In this document: positions 6,865 to 9,350 of the stretch, one piece after another
Layout: every line of letters begins with the position of its first letter
Numbering within the stretch: position 1 is the first letter of the stretch
Origin: Erysipelotrichaceae bacterium
GTDB lineage: Bacteria; Bacillota_I; Bacilli_A; Erysipelotrichales; Coprobacillaceae
NCBI GenBank assembly: GCA_028698185.1
Contig: JAQVDW010000044.1
Location: 1 to 9,350 of the forward strand
DNA: 9,350 nt
Reading direction: 5' to 3'
Notes under the pieces: generated by a model
Seen by the model: the letters and a program-made list of their open reading frames with translations, nothing else
Database searches by the model: none
Told to the model about the DNA's origin: nothing
Program-made: the position numbers and the translations under genes

Positions 6865-7746
6865 CTATCCGATAATGATTGAATAAGAGTACTTGTTGAT
6901 GTGTCCAGGTTTGACAATCTGGGTATTGACTTTTTCCTCGAAGATGTCGCTTTCGTGTTCGCAGGTTGAAAGCCCGCTCCAAGGTTCGATGGCGAAAAAT
7001 GGCCCTTCGTTAGGTGATGACCATAAAATCAGGAATGGGAAGTCCTTGAAAGTTACAGTCACACTGTTTTCTGATTTGTAAGATTTCAATGAAACCTTCC
7101 GGGATCTGATCCGGTCAAGTATTATTGCATCTTCTTTGAACATATCACGGGATAGTGGCAAAACTGTCTGGTTATTCAAAAAGGGAGATCTTTGTTTGGC
7201 GTCAATCAGACCAGTTTCGCTAAGTGGAGCAGGAACCGTGCATGATTCCTCATGTTCAAATTCGATGTAACAATCTTCAAAATTTTCATCCTCATTGATC
7301 GGACAATTGAATCCCGGATGGCCGCCAATCGCAAATGGCATATCGACCGGACTTCGATTCTTGATAAAGTAGTTAACTACAATTTCCTTGCCAATCAGAC
7401 GGTATTCAATGGTAAGTTCAAATTCATATGGATAGGCCTCAAGCAAGTCGGGAGTGGAACGGATCTTGAAGGCGACCATGTTCCAGTCCTTGTTCGCGAA
7501 CTCGAATTCTCTCTTTCGAACCAGACCATGGCGGGGCATCTTCATTTCCCTGCCATCCCGGGTTACTGCCTGATCATCTCTCAGGCTGCCGCATATCGGG
7601 AACAGCACCGGCGCCTGGGAACTCCAGTATGCCGGATCGCCATGCCAAAGATATTCGACTCCAAGTGGATTCTTGATCGATGTCAGGGTCGCTCCCAGGG
7701 TATCGAATGTGAGAGAAAGAAACTCATTTTCCAGGTAGTATTTCAT
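6865..7746 (-). CDS. aldose 1-epimerase (galactose mutarotase-like) family protein, LacX-like
   Basis: A 293 aa ORF with family motifs APVLFPICGSL, MPRHGLVRKREF, FAIGGHPGFNCP and FFAIEPWSG, so the putative catalytic His and Glu positions are retained. It starts 6 nt after the aldolase stop. Its position as the last gene after a tagatose-6-P-type kinase and aldolase mirrors lacX at the end of the Lactococcus lactis lac operon. Confidence 0.85.
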   Translation of the reverse strand: MKYYLENEFLSLTFDTLGATLTSIKNPLGVEYLWHGDPAYWSSQAPVLFPICGSLRDDQAVTRDGREMKMPRHGLVRKREFEFANKDWNMVAFKIRSTPDLLEAYPYEFELTIEYRLIGKEIVVNYFIKNRSPVDMPFAIGGHPGFNCPINEDENFEDCYIEFEHEESCTVPAPLSETGLIDAKQRSPFLNNQTVLPLSRDMFKEDAIILDRIRSRKVSLKSYKSENSVTVTFKDFPFLILWSSPNEGPFFAIEPWSGLSTCEHESDIFEEKVNTQIVKPGHINKYSYSIIIG

Positions 7747-7752
7747 GGCCTT

Positions 7753-8604
7753 TTATGCCTTGTTCACGCTGCCGCAAACCTGGATTTTGGACATCACATA
7801 TTTTTTCACTTCTTCCCGTCCTTGCGCGTTGTATTTTTTAGGGTCGATGGTGTCCGGCGAGTCGTGAAGCACATCATTGACCCCTTTGGAAAAGGCAATC
7901 CGCAGATCAGTCGCGTAGTTGACCTTGCAAATGCCTCTAGCGATGCATTCCTTCACTGTCGCATCAGGAACACCTGATGTACCATGAAGAACCAAGGGCA
8001 CACTGACTGCCTCCTTGATTTCACTCAACCTTTTGATGTCGACATTAGGTTCCCCTTTATAAACTCCATGGGCGGTACCGATAGCAATAGCCAATGAGTC
8101 GACCCCGGTCTTTTCCACAAACAGGGCGGCCTCTTTGGGATCGGTGTTAGGATTACCCTCTCCGCCATCAAGGCCATCTTCTTTACCACCGACTTTACCT
8201 AGTTCGGCTTCTACCGAAACGTTTGATGGATGGCAGGCATCCACAACGGCCTTGGTCACTTTGATGTTTTCTTCGAAGTCGAGATGTGATCCGTCAATCA
8301 TGATCGAAGTATAACCGCTTCTAAGGGCCCTCATCGCCAAATCAAAGCTGCTGCCATGATCTAGATGCAATACCACCGGTACCGTTGCATTTTCAGCTGC
8401 CGTTTTGACGTTAGCATAGAAATAATCCAGACTCGCATATTTTACAGTCGATGGCGTCGTTTGCAGGATTACCGGTGAATTGAGTTCCTGTGCCGCGGCA
8501 ACTACCGCCTGAACCATCTCCATATTTTCCACATTGAAGGCCCCGATGGCGTATCCGCCAGCTTGAGCGTCTAACAATAATTTTTTCGTTGTAACTAATG
8601 GCAT
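7753..8604 (-). CDS. class II ketose-bisphosphate aldolase, GatY/KbaY-like (tagatose-1,6-bisphosphate or fructose-1,6-bisphosphate aldolase)
   Basis: A 283 aa ORF reading GYAIGAFNVENMEMVQAVV...SPVILQ, VVLHLDHG, SIMIDGSH, VSVEAELG, DSLAIAIGTAHGVYKGEP, PLVLHGTSG, GICKVNYATDLRIAFS. All zinc-ligand His blocks of class II aldolases are present. By eye it is closer to E. coli GatY (IDSLAVAIGTAHGMY, GICKINVATELKNAFS) than to Bacillus FbaA. An AGAGGA SD is present, and the gene starts 3 nt after the kinase stop. Confidence 0.9.
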   Translation of the reverse strand: MPLVTTKKLLLDAQAGGYAIGAFNVENMEMVQAVVAAAQELNSPVILQTTPSTVKYASLDYFYANVKTAAENATVPVVLHLDHGSSFDLAMRALRSGYTSIMIDGSHLDFEENIKVTKAVVDACHPSNVSVEAELGKVGGKEDGLDGGEGNPNTDPKEAALFVEKTGVDSLAIAIGTAHGVYKGEPNVDIKRLSEIKEAVSVPLVLHGTSGVPDATVKECIARGICKVNYATDLRIAFSKGVNDVLHDSPDTIDPKKYNAQGREEVKKYVMSKIQVCGSVNKA

Positions 8605-8607
8605 TTT

Positions 8608-9350
8608 CTATCCTCTTTTCTCTAATTCACTTATCGTTACTTGCCCGATAATTCTTTGGTAATCTTCCTGTGAGAAGTTACCGGTCTGTTTTGACAGGGC
8701 ATTGGCAGTGGCCACAGCCACCCCATAAGCCAAAGCATCCTGAGGACTGCTGCCGTTTTGCAAGGCAACCCCGATAGCAGCGACCATCGAATCACCGCAG
8801 CCAACCGTGTTGACCGGTTTGATCTCTGGCGGCACACCATGGAATATACCTTCCTTGCTTCCAAGGATCGCACCTTTAGAACCCAAGGATACGACCACAT
8901 ATTCTATTCCCATATCCACCAATCTCTTGGCGTGGAGAACAACATCGTCAAATGTTTCAATCTTTGTTCCATACAAAGCTTCCAGTTCTTCCTGGTTGGG
9001 TTTTACCATCGTCGGCAATGCCTTGATGCCTTCTTTAAGATAGACACCGCTGGTATCAAGGATAACTTGTTTTCCAGATTCTTTAGCTATTTCCACCAGG
9101 GTCTTGTAGATGTCGGTTGGCAATCCTTTTGGAGCGCTGCCCGAGATGATGATTACACTGCTTTTGGCAACTATCATCCGATACTTATCGATATATTCTT
9201 CAAGTTCCTGCTTGCTTACTTCAAATCCCGGTTCGAGATATTCGGTCGAACCGTACTTTTCATCGAGAATATTGAGACAGCTGCGGGTTTCTCCGGCAAC
9301 ATGGCCAAAGTCGTAATCTATTCCATCTTCCTGTAAAAGATGTTCTAGAT
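8608..9350 (-). CDS. PfkB-family sugar-phosphate kinase (tagatose-6-phosphate kinase LacC / 1-phosphofructokinase FruK-like), 5' end truncated by the right window edge
   Basis: The track lists it only from an internal Met at 9177. The same frame stays open to the window edge, reading LEHLLQEDGIDYDFGHVAGETRSCLNILDEKYGSTEYLEPGFEVSKQELEEYIDKYRMIVAKSS.... Family motifs are ISGSAPKG, VKPNQEELEAL, VSLGSKGA and NTVGCGDSMVAA (the anion-hole/ATP motif). The stop is a TAG at 8608. Confidence 0.88.
   Translation of the reverse strand, partial: LEHLLQEDGIDYDFGHVAGETRSCLNILDEKYGSTEYLEPGFEVSKQELEEYIDKYRMIVAKSSVIIISGSAPKGLPTDIYKTLVEIAKESGKQVILDTSGVYLKEGIKALPTMVKPNQEELEALYGTKIETFDDVVLHAKRLVDMGIEYVVVSLGSKGAILGSKEGIFHGVPPEIKPVNTVGCGDSMVAAIGVALQNGSSPQDALAYGVAVATANALSKQTGNFSQEDYQRIIGQVTISELEKRG

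Noticed and set aside
6662-6886. A 74-aa plus-strand ORF in the intergenic region between gutM and the epimerase gene.
   Set aside because: There is no SD upstream (ttcaaagtaaATG). Its poly-A start is simply the complement of a minus-strand T-tract. It runs through the terminator hairpins and into the epimerase 3' end, and the sequence is low-complexity and basic. It is most likely not coding.
7252-7977. A 241-aa plus-strand ORF spanning the epimerase/aldolase junction.
   Set aside because: It is antisense to two well-supported genes with clear family motifs. It has no SD, no recognisable motifs, and a composition typical of a shadow ORF in the stop-poor antisense frame.
4446-8620. Near-identical translation-initiation regions, AGGA(G)ATAGAAA(A)ATG, upstream of srlD (4445), srlE (5471) and the aldolase (8604).
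   Set aside because: The similarity is confined to the SD plus an A-rich spacer of about 14 nt. That is what strong Gram-positive ribosome-binding sites look like, so there is no evidence of a repeat element.
8758-9336. A 192-aa plus-strand ORF, plus the 78-aa, 87-aa and 68-aa ORFs overlapping the kinase gene.
   Set aside because: All are antisense or out of frame relative to the PfkB-family kinase, whose frame carries the diagnostic motifs. They have no independent start signals. The same reasoning applies to the plus-strand ORFs at 3969..4391 (inside srlD), 4483..4716, 5224..5604 and 5391..5588 (inside srlE/srlA), 5797..6057, 6063..6404 and 6172..6369 (inside srlA/gutM), and 2418..2603, 2625..2871 and 3288..3566 (inside gutR).
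1-9350. A whole-window scan for mobile elements, CRISPR repeats, tRNA/rRNA, toxin-antitoxin or defence-like genes, and unexplained non-coding space.
   Set aside because: About 95% of the window is accounted for by ten sugar-metabolism genes on one strand. The only gaps longer than 30 nt are 3570..3632 and 6504..6864, and both are explained by regulatory or terminator elements. I saw no terminal inverted repeats, no spaced repeat arrays and no integrase or transposase motifs.

Overview
This 9.35 kb window is an ordinary carbohydrate-catabolism locus, and I see no evidence of a new biological system. It looks like a low-GC Gram-positive (Bacillota-type) genome, judging by strong GGAGG-type Shine-Dalgarno (SD) sites and a PRD-type GutR paired with GutM. 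Every credible gene is on the minus strand.

Reading right to left, there are two transcription units:
1. A tightly packed three-gene module. It holds a PfkB-family hexose-phosphate kinase (LacC/FruK-like, 5' end cut by the right edge), a class II GatY/KbaY-like ketose-bisphosphate aldolase, and a LacX-like aldose-1-epimerase family protein. It closes with hairpins and a T-tract at about 6743..6810.
2. A glucitol/sorbitol PTS operon in the order gutM, EIIC (srlA), EIIBC (srlE), sorbitol-6-P dehydrogenase (srlD), PRD-type activator (gutR), EIIA (srlB). It is followed directly by glucose-6-phosphate isomerase (pgi), which is cut by the left edge.

The ORF track omits the two edge-truncated genes (pgi and the kinase N-terminus). 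I recovered both by manual translation. The track also starts gutR and srlB at GTG/TTG codons, whereas nearby ATG codons with proper SD sites fit better.

I found no rRNA, tRNA, CRISPR array, transposase or defence-like gene. The points worth a second look are regulatory or architectural and of modest interest:
- pgi overlaps the EIIA stop codon.
- A long hairpin between srlD and gutR occludes the gutR ribosome-binding site and carries an extended -10 in its loop.
- GutR appears to keep only one of the four canonical PRD histidines and lacks the EIIB-like cysteine.
- The gut control region contains several repeats and a cre-like site.
- The neighbouring kinase/aldolase/LacX module is a hybrid of two known tagatose-6-P pathway types.
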